Source: Rhodospirillales bacterium (GTDB taxonomy: Bacteria; Pseudomonadota; Alphaproteobacteria; JAJFIK01). Taken from it: a stretch of DNA of 64,000 nt. How positions within the stretch are numbered: the first letter of the stretch is position 1; each line of letters starts with the position of its first letter. The notes under the pieces were generated by a model. It had not been told where the DNA came from and ran no database searches. It saw only the letters and a program-made list of their open reading frames with translations. The translations under genes and the position numbers were made by a program. Where the stretch lies: positions 11,086 through 75,085 of the forward strand of contig JAJFIK010000075.1 of the NCBI GenBank assembly GCA_021775005.1. Direction: 5' to 3'. Positions 40,810-50,584 of this stretch are shown here, piece by piece.

Positions 40810-40902
40810 GGAGAATCTACCGCCAACTGGTCCAGCGTTGGGTAGCGCTTCAGGTTTTTGGTCGGGACACCAGCCGGGTGGTCCAAATTCGGGGAGCACT
40901 TC
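40810..40902. repeat. short intergenic repeat (copy 2; units in opposite orientation and order relative to 20479..20561)
   Basis: GGAGAATCTACCGCCAACTGGTCCAGCGTTGGGTAGCGCTTC...CCAGCCGGGTGGTCCAAATTCGGGGAGCACTTC are reverse complements of the copy-1 units. Confidence 0.6.
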
Positions 40903-40961
40903 ACTGGGTTGTTGTGCTGTGCTCGTTTGAGACAATTTGGTTCGGAGTGCATGATCACCGA

Positions 40962-42692
40962 TCAAGTTGAAGCTGCAACACTACCGGTGTTGCCCTTAAC
41001 CGAATCGTGATCGATTTTCCTGCGCCACCAATCTAGGAAAGGCTTTGGTGCCAACGGTCGACAATAATGAAAACCCTGTGTGCCGGAACATCCAAAATCA
41101 TGCAGCACTGTTGATAGGTCCGAACTCTCGATTCCCTTTACTATGACGTCCATCTCAAATGCCTTACCGAGTCCAATCAATGCCCCAACTATGGAATCGT
41201 CTGAATCGCCTTCGCGATTCCATTTATGGTTGATCTTTACACGGTCAAACGGAAGGCTTTTTTGATCCACTAAGGATATTGCGCCCATACCAAAGTTATC
41301 CAACACAAGTTTAACTCCAAGCGTTTTTAGCCGCAAAAGTTCTGCGGTCACAATATCATTGTGACCCGTAATTGTGTCTTCAGAAAACTCCAATTCCAAG
41401 CAATTCAGGTTTACGTCGGAGTCAAAGACAGAGCCTCTTATGACTTCATAAAGATCACCCTTGCGAAGTTGAACTAACGAAATATTTATCGATACAAATA
41501 TTTTTGGAAGAGACATTTCATTCCACTCTCGAATGTGTTGGCACACTTGCTGGATTAGCCACGCGCCAATGGGGTGCACGAGACCGCTGTTCTCCGCAAC
41601 TTCCAAAAATTCAACTGGAAGTATCAAACCCCTTTCCGGGTGTTCCCATCGTAGTAGCGCTTCAACACCAATTACACTTCCACTCATTGGGTCAACAACC
41701 GGTTGAAAATGGACACGCAATTCGTCAGAATTGATTGCCTTAGCCAAGTCAGAAGCCAGTTCTTTTTGCATCTGCAATTTAGCGTTCATTTCACTCTCAT
41801 GAAATTGGACGGTTCCGCGGCAAATGTCCTTTGCGCGATAGAGTGCCATGTCCGCTTGTTTCAAAAGTAGATCCGAATTCTTATCGCCATGAGAGTACAT
41901 CGAAATCCCCACGCTAGCACCTGACTGAATTGACAAACCCTGAATGTCATATGGGTCACTCAATGCAGAAATAATTTTCCCCGCGAGAACTTCAGCACCG
42001 TGCGCATTATCTAAGTTGGTCGCCAAGACTGCAAACTCGTCACCACCCAAACGGGCGACGGTGTCTGTCTCCCGAACACACTTTTTCAATCGGTTCGATA
42101 CCTCAACGAGTAACGCATCCCCGACCAAATGGCCGTGCACGTCGTTGACATTTTTGAAATGATCCAAATCCAGAAGCAAAATGGCCAATGACCGCCCAAT
42201 GCGGTCCGCCTGTGATATCCCCTCATTCAACTGAGCCGCAAAATACGACCGATTTGCTAGACCGGTTAAGACATCATGTCGAGAAAGCTTTGTGAGCCGC
42301 TCCTCGTGGAAATGTCTTTCTTTCGCATAACGAATTGCACGCTCCAATAACGGAGCGTCTAGCCTTCCTTTGACTAAGTAGTCCGCTACACCAACCTCAG
42401 ATGCCTGAAGGTCCAGTTCAAAATTCTCCATGCCCGTAAGTATAATGAAAGGTGGTTGGTTTCCGAGGCGAATGGCTTCTCTCACCAAATCAAGGCCACT
42501 TCTCTCCCCGAGATGGTGGTCAACAAGGCATACATCAAAATCAAATTGATTCAGGGCTTCTTTAGCATCGCCCCAATCACTGATCCATTTAAGTTTAAAA
42601 TTTCCACCAAAGGCGTCACTCAACAAGCTTTTTGTAAGAAGAAAATCGTCTTCGTCATCCTCAATTAACAGAATTTTGTTTGAGCCTTTCAT
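40962..42692 (-). CDS. response regulator with GGDEF and EAL domains
   Basis: REC (ILLIEDDEDD), then GGDEF (RLGGDEF) and EAL (EALLRW) motifs. Low GC. Confidence 0.8.
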   Translation of the reverse strand: MKGSNKILLIEDDEDDFLLTKSLLSDAFGGNFKLKWISDWGDAKEALNQFDFDVCLVDHHLGERSGLDLVREAIRLGNQPPFIILTGMENFELDLQASEVGVADYLVKGRLDAPLLERAIRYAKERHFHEERLTKLSRHDVLTGLANRSYFAAQLNEGISQADRIGRSLAILLLDLDHFKNVNDVHGHLVGDALLVEVSNRLKKCVRETDTVARLGGDEFAVLATNLDNAHGAEVLAGKIISALSDPYDIQGLSIQSGASVGISMYSHGDKNSDLLLKQADMALYRAKDICRGTVQFHESEMNAKLQMQKELASDLAKAINSDELRVHFQPVVDPMSGSVIGVEALLRWEHPERGLILPVEFLEVAENSGLVHPIGAWLIQQVCQHIREWNEMSLPKIFVSINISLVQLRKGDLYEVIRGSVFDSDVNLNCLELEFSEDTITGHNDIVTAELLRLKTLGVKLVLDNFGMGAISLVDQKSLPFDRVKINHKWNREGDSDDSIVGALIGLGKAFEMDVIVKGIESSDLSTVLHDFGCSGTQGFHYCRPLAPKPFLDWWRRKIDHDSVKGNTGSVAAST

Positions 42693-42708
42693 AGGTATCT
42701 CTATTCCT

Positions 42709-43155
42709 TCAACTGGGAGGCATCTCTACAACTTGCAGCCAATAATTCTTCAAAGCCTTGATTACATCAACTAACCCTTCAAATGTAACCGGTTTGGCAA
42801 TAAAGGAATTTGCCCCCAAATTGTATGTATGCAGAAGATCTTCTTCCGACTTGGAAGTAGTTAGTATCACTAAAGGAATGTGTCGGAGCGCGGGGTTTGA
42901 TTTAATTTCTGCCAATGCTTCACGACCATCCATGCGCGGCATATTGAGGTCCAGCAGGATTAATCCAGGTTGAGCGCGCTTTGGAGGTTTTGCATAGCTG
43001 CCCTGCTTGAGAAGATAATCCAACAATTCAACCCCGTCCTCAACAAACTCAATCGGATTGGCAAGTTTGGCTTCTTCAAATGCTTCCTTGATCAGGAATC
43101 GATCATCCGGATCGTCCTCAGCGATCAATATTGTCAAACCGATTTTATTCTGCAT
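42709..43155 (-). CDS. single-domain response regulator
   Basis: ILIAEDDPDDRFLI...ILLDLNMPRMDG. The start was chosen at MQNKIG. The ORF extends to 43230 and would overlap the kinase. Confidence 0.75.
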   Translation of the reverse strand: MQNKIGLTILIAEDDPDDRFLIKEAFEEAKLANPIEFVEDGVELLDYLLKQGSYAKPPKRAQPGLILLDLNMPRMDGREALAEIKSNPALRHIPLVILTTSKSEEDLLHTYNLGANSFIAKPVTFEGLVDVIKALKNYWLQVVEMPPS

Positions 43156-45463
43156 CAATTTTCTCTTGTTTTTCTGATTCGGTTTCAATTGGTAATGATA
43201 CTGTAAACGAGCTCCCCTCTCCAGACGCACTCGAAGCGAAAATCAAACCCCCATGCTGTTCAACGATCTTCTGACAAATTGCGAGCCCGATACCTGTACC
43301 TTCGTATTTTGACCTTCCATGCAGGCGTTGAAATATTCCGAAAATGCGTGTGACATATTTTTGATCAAAGCCAATACCGTTATCTACAATTGAAATATTA
43401 TAAAAACGAGTTGATCCAGAACCTTGACTCATGTCATTTTGATCAACAATTGCGCTCGATATGCACACCCTACAAGATACATCCTCGCGGCGGTATTTCA
43501 ATGCGTTGCCAATTAGATTTTGGAATAATTGCCGCATTTGAAGGGGAGCAGCTGTCACAACCGGCAATTTTTTGACTTCAACTTCCGCATTAGCTTCAAT
43601 TATTTGAAACTCAAGATCGTTTACCACCTCCCGGACTAAAACATCCAAATCGATGGTTGCGAACTCTTCGCCTTTCGTTCCGATACGAGAGTATTCTAGA
43701 AGATCATTTATCAATTTCTGCATTCGTTTGGTCGCTTGATGCATTCGTGCCAAGTAGTCCAGGCCCTCTTCGTCAAGCGCCGACTCATATTTCGTTCTCA
43801 ACCGGTCTGAGAAAGCTTGAACTTTGCGCAATGGTTCTTGAAGGTCATGGGACGCTACATATGCGAAATGCCCGAGCTCTGCATTGGATTTCTCCAATCG
43901 CAAAACAGTTTGATCAAGTTCCCTTTCCGCCGCCACCTGATCGGCAATATTGCGAACCACACCGGTGATCGTATCCTCACTACCTTGATTGATGATCAGA
44001 TCTATCTCAAAGGTGGCGCCCGTCTTGTGCAGGCCCGTCATAACTCGTCGCTTCCCGATGACTCCCGCGCCCGAACCATTGGCAAACTTTTCCATATGGG
44101 ACGTATGAGCAATTGCATACTTCTTGGGCATAAGCATTTCTACGTTCTTGCCAATGACCTCCTCTGCGGCATATCCAAAGATTGTCTCGGCGCTTGGATT
44201 GAAGCCCAATATGTTGCCTGCTTGATCTGTGGTAATGATACCGTCAGGCACCGTCTCGATTACACTGCGGAGTTTCGCCTCGCTCGCCTGAAGTTGACGT
44301 TCGCGCTCCTGTAATTGCTTTGTCGAACTTTCAAGTTTTTCGTTAGACGATCTGATCCTGGCTGTCATGTCACGGGCGATGCCACGGGCGCGCCTTTGTA
44401 GAGAGGCCTGGGAAGCCACGACATAGAAAAGAAAGATGTTGACGATTACTCCAACCACCCCAATCAGAAGAGGCAATCTTGCCGCAGCAACATCGAGGGC
44501 GCTTTGATCTGCTAGAAAGCGTACAGTCCAGTTCCTGCCTTGCAATGAAATTTGTGTTGTCGCCATATGGACATTGTCTGCCGACACAGCTGACATCTCG
44601 GTGGTCTCCCTGCTATTGAACATGAGGTTATCGGAGGTCGTGTCACCGTCGAAAACTTCAAAGCCAATTGCCCCCGGGTTGTCTCCGAGAATACCCTCCA
44701 TCAAATCGGCCATCCTGAAAGGCGCGTAAACCCATCCCCGAAATGCCGCTCGTCTTTCCTCTACAGAGCTAACTGGCATATCAGATTCATATAGTGGTAC
44801 ATAGGTCAGGAATCCCCGTTGAACATCGTCATCCGTTTCCTGGACAAGCGTAATGATTCCGGAGATTGAGGCTAGACCGGTATCACGTGCACGGGTCATC
44901 GCCGCGCGGCGCATGTCATTGGACCACATATCGTAACCGAACGCACGTTGGTTCCGCCAATCGAAGGGTTCCAAAAAAATGATAGCACTGTATTCCTCAC
45001 GCACTCCCTCTGGCCGTATTAGATAATCCGGGAACCCTTCCGCCCGGATGGCGTTTATATGTGATTGTTTGTCTTCAGGACTAACAGGGATGCTGTAGCC
45101 CAAACCCTGAATACCCGGCCATCTCGTATCAACGTCAAGACGGGCAACATACTGTTGCCATTGGTTCCTATTTACATCTCCAATGACATTCAAGAAACTG
45201 ACACCACCCCAGAGTACGTCTTCATAGACATCCATCCGTTGACGAATGGCCGACGAAATTTCATTTGCTCTTGTGTTGAATCGTAGTTCAGAGACCCTGT
45301 CGACAAGCTTGTCCGACGCCCACCAGGCAACAATTGTCAAGATTATACCGCACAACAGTACTCCCCAGGCCGTATAGGAATTGTGCACCCAATCAGAATC
45401 AGATTGTCTAAAACTCTTTTCCATCCTTAAGCCTTCGCTAGGCTGCTTTTCATATCCTGCCAA
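43145..45463 (-). CDS. sensor histidine kinase with periplasmic CHASE domain, PAS, HisKA and HATPase
   Basis: CHASE-like motifs WPGIQGLGY and EEYSAIIFLEP...AFGYDMWS. TM, PAS, H-box ASHDLQEPLRK and G-boxes follow. Confidence 0.75.
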   Translation of the reverse strand: MAGYEKQPSEGLRMEKSFRQSDSDWVHNSYTAWGVLLCGIILTIVAWWASDKLVDRVSELRFNTRANEISSAIRQRMDVYEDVLWGGVSFLNVIGDVNRNQWQQYVARLDVDTRWPGIQGLGYSIPVSPEDKQSHINAIRAEGFPDYLIRPEGVREEYSAIIFLEPFDWRNQRAFGYDMWSNDMRRAAMTRARDTGLASISGIITLVQETDDDVQRGFLTYVPLYESDMPVSSVEERRAAFRGWVYAPFRMADLMEGILGDNPGAIGFEVFDGDTTSDNLMFNSRETTEMSAVSADNVHMATTQISLQGRNWTVRFLADQSALDVAAARLPLLIGVVGVIVNIFLFYVVASQASLQRRARGIARDMTARIRSSNEKLESSTKQLQERERQLQASEAKLRSVIETVPDGIITTDQAGNILGFNPSAETIFGYAAEEVIGKNVEMLMPKKYAIAHTSHMEKFANGSGAGVIGKRRVMTGLHKTGATFEIDLIINQGSEDTITGVVRNIADQVAAERELDQTVLRLEKSNAELGHFAYVASHDLQEPLRKVQAFSDRLRTKYESALDEEGLDYLARMHQATKRMQKLINDLLEYSRIGTKGEEFATIDLDVLVREVVNDLEFQIIEANAEVEVKKLPVVTAAPLQMRQLFQNLIGNALKYRREDVSCRVCISSAIVDQNDMSQGSGSTRFYNISIVDNGIGFDQKYVTRIFGIFQRLHGRSKYEGTGIGLAICQKIVEQHGGLIFASSASGEGSSFTVSLPIETESEKQEKIDAE

Positions 45464-46075
45464 TCAAGATACGTCGCTTCAATTCCTGCATCCATATACT
45501 TGCTATTTTGCCTGGCAGCTTCCGAGTTTTTCGCCGGTATCCAGATAGCTTTTCATTCTTTGGTCATGCTCTTTATTGTCCGGTTGACCCCTCAGCATGT
45601 TAACGCGTTTGCCAACAACTTCGTCCGATGAATTGCGAATGCAAAACGGCAAGCATCAATCCCACCAAGAGAATCGCCCGTGGCTTTGTCAAATTCCTAG
45701 CAATGGTGATGTCCCAAGTGAGGTTCAAAGCATGTCGCTGTTTTCCTAATCAGCTTGACTATTTCAAGTTAACCGCGCGTTAACTCAATCTAGAAGTTCC
45801 AGGATGCAGATTTGATCAACTGGACAAAGACGTGTCCCTGCCAAAACTAGATTCCGATGTACCGTGGTGCAGTCCGCCCAAATGCGAGAGCGACATGATT
45901 GCACCTAAGAGTCTCACTTCACCCCATCGGGAGAGTTCTTGCTCATTGAGGATTTGGATCGAAACTGCAGCCATATCCACTGACCGATGATCAATATAAC
46001 CCTGAGCATCACGCACAATCATGCGGCAACACCCTAAATTGGCACACGGATAGAGTTTTGATGGGAGCAGGTGCG

Positions 46076-46438
46076 TCAGAAAACGGCAGATGCTGGCGTG
46101 CCAGCTAGCAGGAGCGCACCGCAAGCAACTTCAAAGCCAATATTGATTATGTTTTGGCGGGAAAGGGTCTGGTCAAAGGCAAAAGAAACAAAGCGTCCCA
46201 GCGCTGTGGTGAGCCAAATGATACCCGCCATGGCAAATGCCAAGGGCTCCATTGTGATAAGGGGCACTGCGCCAAGGCCAATCCAGAGCCCGCCAAAAGA
46301 CGCCCGAAATTCTGAACGCCCCTCAAGCCTCGCTGCTTCAAGGCGCACCAACTCGGCAGCTTTGTGAGGAAGCAAGAGTCCGTAAAAGCCAAGGCCGACA
46401 GTCACAACGGCTGCAATAATGTTCAGAGCATCAAACAT
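46076..46438 (-). CDS. small integral membrane protein (DUF4345-like)
   Basis: About 120 aa with 3-4 TM helices. An 8-nt overlap with the upstream DUF1365 gene. Confidence 0.4.
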   Translation of the reverse strand: MFDALNIIAAVVTVGLGFYGLLLPHKAAELVRLEAARLEGRSEFRASFGGLWIGLGAVPLITMEPLAFAMAGIIWLTTALGRFVSFAFDQTLSRQNIINIGFEVACGALLLAGTPASAVF

Positions 46439-47213
46439 GACGAATATTCCCTTTGGCCCCCTGCACTTCAGTGTCCGAACTACCGACGAACGGCACACCT
46501 TTGAGCCACAGCAGCACAGCGTTCCAGTGAATGGAAAAAAGCGTGCCAAACATGGAACTGGGCAGAAGGCCGAAGTGCGAAACGAGTTTTCGGTCCGACA
46601 GGGGTTCCAGTCGGACCCGCAATGAAGTGCTAAGAACCGTTCCTTTCTCAGTTTGATACTGGATCACCAGTTGAAAAATATCGCGCGAAACGGAGAGGCG
46701 GAAGTAATACTCGCCCTCAATGCGGTTGAATGGCGAGACGTGCATTTCCTTGCGCGCGGCAAATAGGTGGGTTTCGGCGTCAGGGTCCGTAACGAGGAAA
46801 CTGTAATGACGCCGCTCCCCAAAGGTTGAATTTACTTCAAAGATGACGCCAATCAGATCGTCCTTTGCATTGCGGCAAAGATAACAACTGATCGGGTTGA
46901 AAGCGATTCCGCAAACGCGCGGGTAAGTCACAAGCTCGACACGGGTAATGTCTGCTGCCGATCCCAATTCAAGCATCTGAGTTCGGACAAACTCACTTAT
47001 GGTTCTACTGTTGTCGTCGCCATAGTCAGAGGGGCGCAGCGAGATAAAATTCGGTCCATCCACGGAAAACAGCATCAGCTTCTGATCGAGCCGGTCGAGT
47101 TCCGTCAGATCGAGACGCACGACCGGGTAGGATACGTTGAGCACGTGCACGCGCGGCGACACACGCCGATGCATAACTTTCCCTTTCCCAATGGCACTGC
47201 GCAGTTCGCTCAT
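46431..47213 (-). CDS. DUF1365 family protein
   Basis: The start region GKVMHRRVSPRVH is typical of DUF1365. It follows the FAD oxidoreductase, as in Rhodobacter singlet-oxygen operons. Confidence 0.6.
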   Translation of the reverse strand: MSELRSAIGKGKVMHRRVSPRVHVLNVSYPVVRLDLTELDRLDQKLMLFSVDGPNFISLRPSDYGDDNSRTISEFVRTQMLELGSAADITRVELVTYPRVCGIAFNPISCYLCRNAKDDLIGVIFEVNSTFGERRHYSFLVTDPDAETHLFAARKEMHVSPFNRIEGEYYFRLSVSRDIFQLVIQYQTEKGTVLSTSLRVRLEPLSDRKLVSHFGLLPSSMFGTLFSIHWNAVLLWLKGVPFVGSSDTEVQGAKGNIRHV

Positions 47214-48610
47214 CAGTTCGCCAAATTCAATCGGGCCTGCGATGCGCCCAGAGATGACGGGTGATTGGGCCAGTAGATGCGATCCATCGCCCTTTCGCTG
47301 GCCCAGGGGCGCGCGGGTGCCCCCAAGGCTTCGGCCACAGCAAGACCCGACTGAAGGCCATCTTCGTGAAATCCGTATCCCCAATAGGCGCCGCAGAACC
47401 ATGTGTTTTGCACGCCTTGCAAGGTCCAAAGCTTACGCTGAGCTTTCATGGCGGCGGCGTCAAAGACGGGGTGGGTGTAAGTGAAGCTATTGAACACGTG
47501 CTCTGGGGCGGGCGGTGTTGAGGGGTTCAAGGTGACCAGGAGCGGCGTTTTGGTGGGTATCGATTGGAGCCGATTCATCCAATAGGTCAGACTGATGCTG
47601 CTCTCCTCCGTATCACCCTCACCGCTTAGATAATTCCAGCTCGACCATGCGTTACGGCGCTGGGGCATGAAATCTGTATCGCGGTGCAAGTAAACCATAT
47701 TCTCCTGATACCCTATAGCGCCGAGAAGGTTTTTCTCATCGCACGTGGGGCGATCCAAAAGAGCCAAAGCTTCATCGCTGTGACAGGCGAAGATGACGTG
47801 ATCAAATTCCTGTGGTGGTCGGGCCTCAAAGTGAATGATGTGTTTGTCGCCTGTCCGCTCGACAGTGACGATACGGGCATTAAGAACGGTATCACACCTC
47901 GTATCTTTAATCAGTCTACTGACATATTCGCGGCTGCCGCCAAATACTGTGCGCCATTCAGGCCGCCCACCGAAACGCATCAGGCCATGGTTTTCGAAAA
48001 ACTTGAGGAAGGACCGCGCCGGAAACTGCCGCATGGTCTCCACCGGCGATGACCAAATCGCCGCACACATGGGTAGAATATGATCGTGCCGAAATGTCCG
48101 GGAGAAACCTTTGTCATCGAGATAGTTTTCAAGGGACTTGTGCTCATCATCACCCGATAGCGCCGCCAAATCTTGTGGCCCATCGCGGTAAAGCCGCAGA
48201 AGGTCGGCAATCATGCGCCACATGCGGTGGCGAACCACATTTCGTCGCTGGGCAAAAAGGCCGCTTAAGCCCGATCCGGAATATTCAAAACTGCCGTCGC
48301 CCAAGGACGCTGCAAAACTCATGTCACTGGGGATTGTGGGGACGCCAAGGGTTTTGAAAAGCCCCGTCAAGTTGGGATAGTTCGTCTCGTTATAGACAAT
48401 GAACCCCGTATCAACAGGGAATACACCGTTCTCGCATTCCACTTCCGTGGTGTGAGAGTGGCCTCCAAGCCGGTCATTACGCTCAAACAGCGTCACATCA
48501 TAAAGAGTGCCCAAACGCCAGGCCGCCGCAAGGCCGGAGATGCCGGAGCCCACAATAGCCAGGCGCGGTCGGCGGCCTTGTGACGTGGGGAATGAGATGA
48601 CTTCGGCCAT
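47213..48610 (-). CDS. NAD(P)/FAD-dependent oxidoreductase (amine oxidase-like)
   Basis: Dinucleotide-binding motif LAIVGSGISGLAAAWRL...ERNDRLGGHSHT. AGAGGA lies 8 nt before the ATG at 48610. Confidence 0.75.
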   Translation of the reverse strand: MAEVISFPTSQGRRPRLAIVGSGISGLAAAWRLGTLYDVTLFERNDRLGGHSHTTEVECENGVFPVDTGFIVYNETNYPNLTGLFKTLGVPTIPSDMSFAASLGDGSFEYSGSGLSGLFAQRRNVVRHRMWRMIADLLRLYRDGPQDLAALSGDDEHKSLENYLDDKGFSRTFRHDHILPMCAAIWSSPVETMRQFPARSFLKFFENHGLMRFGGRPEWRTVFGGSREYVSRLIKDTRCDTVLNARIVTVERTGDKHIIHFEARPPQEFDHVIFACHSDEALALLDRPTCDEKNLLGAIGYQENMVYLHRDTDFMPQRRNAWSSWNYLSGEGDTEESSISLTYWMNRLQSIPTKTPLLVTLNPSTPPAPEHVFNSFTYTHPVFDAAAMKAQRKLWTLQGVQNTWFCGAYWGYGFHEDGLQSGLAVAEALGAPARPWASERAMDRIYWPNHPSSLGASQARLNLAN

Positions 48611-48645
48611 GTGCGGCATCCTCTTTGGGGTAACTGATGCCTCTT

Positions 48646-48672
48646 CTACGGATGCGAGCCGTCATCGGATCA
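48646..48672 (-). promoter_or_regulatory. candidate sigma-E-type promoter TGATCC-N16-CGTAG for the FAD-oxidase/DUF1365 operon
   Basis: On the - strand, TGATCCGATGACGGCTCGCATCCGTAG, about 30 nt upstream of the oxidase start. Confidence 0.5.
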
Positions 48673-48684
48673 AAAGAAAAAAGG

Positions 48685-48711
48685 TGATCCAATTGGCAAC
48701 GCCTTTCGTAT
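48685..48711 (+). promoter_or_regulatory. candidate autoregulatory sigma-E promoter TGATCC-N16-CGTAT upstream of rpoE
   Basis: TGATCCAATTGGCAACGCCTTTCGTAT. I recall this as matching the TGATCC -35 / CGTA-containing -10 of Rhodobacter RpoE promoters. Confidence 0.5.
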
Positions 48712-48788
48712 GGGTTTGTATGTACGCGCAAGACCTACATTTCACGCCGAGCCCATTTGGCGTTGCCCCCCAAGGGAAGGGAGCCTCT

Positions 48789-49373
48789 GTGCCGCCTGAA
48801 GACTCTGATGCGCAGGATCAGGACGTTGCGAGCGAGCAACGGTCTTGCGTGCAAAGGATCGCCGTTGCACGGGATCAGGCCGCATTCACGACACTTTTTG
48901 ATTATTTTGGGCCGCGGGTGAAAAGCTTTTTGATGTCGCGGAGGCTGAACCCCCAGACGGCTGACGATCTGGCCCAGGAAGTGATGCTCACCATCTGGCG
49001 CAAGGCCCATCAGTATCAACCGGACAAGGCAAGTGTATCTACCTGGGTCTATACAATCGCCCGGAACCGTATGATCGATGACCGGCGCGTGGAAGCCAAG
49101 CGCGCACGGCTCGACACGAGCGATCCCAGTCAGGAACAGCCCGCACCCCCAACACCCGAAGAAGTTCTTCAGCGGTCTTCTGACGCATTGATCGTCACAT
49201 TAGCCCTTCAAAGCCTGCCGCAATCGCAGGAAGAAATTATGCGCCTGTCGTTTATGGATGGGCAAAGCCACCATGAGATTGCCGAACGATTGGGATTGCC
49301 TTTGGGGACCGTAAAATCTCGAATTCGTCTCGCCCGACAACGACTTTCTGATTATTTTGGAGCTCGCTCATGA
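48789..49373 (+). CDS. rpoE: ECF RNA polymerase sigma factor (RpoE-like, group IV sigma-70)
   Basis: Sigma-70 region 2 (AQEVMLTIWRKAHQYQ) and region 4 (EEIMRLSFMDGQSHHEIAERLGLPLGTVKSRI). GTG 48789 was chosen because GGGAAGGGAG lies 6 nt upstream. The ORF extends to 48507. Confidence 0.75.
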   Translation: MPPEDSDAQDQDVASEQRSCVQRIAVARDQAAFTTLFDYFGPRVKSFLMSRRLNPQTADDLAQEVMLTIWRKAHQYQPDKASVSTWVYTIARNRMIDDRRVEAKRARLDTSDPSQEQPAPPTPEEVLQRSSDALIVTLALQSLPQSQEEIMRLSFMDGQSHHEIAERLGLPLGTVKSRIRLARQRLSDYFGARS

Positions 49374-50023
49374 CCCACCAAACCGCCCACACAGCGCTTG
49401 GCGAAGAATGGTTCGTGGACTATGCCGCGGGAAACCTGTCGCCAGCCTATGCCGCAGTTGCCGAGTGCTTTCTTGATCTCAATGAGGATTGCCGAGAAAC
49501 CGTCGATGAGCTTGAACGCGTTGGCGGTGCACTGCTTGATACGGCGGATGCGGGTGCGGGTCTTTCTGTTGTCGCGGCTGACTTGCTTGCGCGAGAAGAC
49601 GATGCACCGGAATCCCAAGGGCAGGAAAGCCAATGCCCTGATTACATCCCAAACTCTTTGCGCGAGAAATTTGATCTGGACCGCAATGGCGTCAAATGGA
49701 CATTCCTGGGGCCAGGCCTGCAAAAGGCGCTTTTGTGGAAGGGCAGCAATGATGATCGTCTTTGGCTTTTAAAAGCAGAACCCGGCGTTGCCATTCCCAA
49801 TCACACCCATCGCGGCGCGGAGCTTACCCTCGTGCTGAAAGGTGAATTCAGGGATGGCGAGGATGTCTATGGCGTGGGTGACGTGGAAGAGGCCGACCAT
49901 GACCTGACCCACACCATCAAAATCTCGTCGGAAGAGAGTTGCATTTGCCTTGCCGCCACCAAAGGGCGCCTGATATTTCCAGCGCCTCTTATCAAGCTGA
50001 TGCAAGTATTCCTGGACATCTGA
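49370..50023 (+). CDS. chrR: ChrR-family anti-sigma-E factor (N-terminal zinc-binding ASD, C-terminal cupin)
   Basis: ATGA overlap with rpoE. The C-terminal cupin reads LWLLKAEPGVAIPNHTHRGAELTLVLKGEFRDGEDVY. Confidence 0.75.
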   Translation: MTHQTAHTALGEEWFVDYAAGNLSPAYAAVAECFLDLNEDCRETVDELERVGGALLDTADAGAGLSVVAADLLAREDDAPESQGQESQCPDYIPNSLREKFDLDRNGVKWTFLGPGLQKALLWKGSNDDRLWLLKAEPGVAIPNHTHRGAELTLVLKGEFRDGEDVYGVGDVEEADHDLTHTIKISSEESCICLAATKGRLIFPAPLIKLMQVFLDI

Positions 50024-50544
50024 TGGCGCGAAAAGCCTTTCAAGTCGGAGATGTCATCACTGTCGATGACACGATGCAGTCGGACTATTGCTATCGGCTG
50101 GATGCTCCTATGGGGGAGATATCCAATACAGAATTTCAACCACACCTAACGCCGGTTGAAATGTTGGAAATGGGATGCTTCGAAGGCAAGTACCTGAACG
50201 ACTGCCGCAATGAATTCCCCGCTGAATGGTTCACGAAGGCAAAGCTGAGTGATACGCCCCGACCCGAGCTCAATTACTTCGGGATCAAGAGCCGCCAACC
50301 CCTGTCTCACTGGCGGGAAAAAGGCTGGATCATTGCGCCTGATCCGCGTGGCTGGTTTCAGTGGTATTGCCGGTACTACCTTGGGCGCCGCCTGCCGCAG
50401 GTGGATGCGGTACAGATCAAACGGTGGAAGGGGTTTGCGCGGCATGCCGGGCAAATTCGCGCGAACTGCGAGCCCGGCGATGTGTTTTGTAGGCCAAGGC
50501 AGCGCCAGGCCCTTCTCCAATGGGCGCATGACCCTTTGGTTTGA
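50023..50544 (+). CDS. conserved hypothetical protein, third gene of the rpoE-chrR operon
   Basis: The start ATG overlaps the chrR stop (TGATG). 173 aa, Trp/Cys-rich (GWFQWYCRYYLGRR). Family not recognised. Confidence 0.5.
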   Translation: MARKAFQVGDVITVDDTMQSDYCYRLDAPMGEISNTEFQPHLTPVEMLEMGCFEGKYLNDCRNEFPAEWFTKAKLSDTPRPELNYFGIKSRQPLSHWREKGWIIAPDPRGWFQWYCRYYLGRRLPQVDAVQIKRWKGFARHAGQIRANCEPGDVFCRPRQRQALLQWAHDPLV

Positions 50545-50584
50545 TCGAGAAATTCGGATCCCTCAAAATTTGCCCCTTCACTGG

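Noticed and set aside
45816-46124. 102-aa ORF in the AT-rich intergenic stretch
   Set aside because: It has no recognisable domain, no RBS, and overlaps the neighbouring small membrane protein gene. It is more likely non-coding, though a small protein cannot be excluded.
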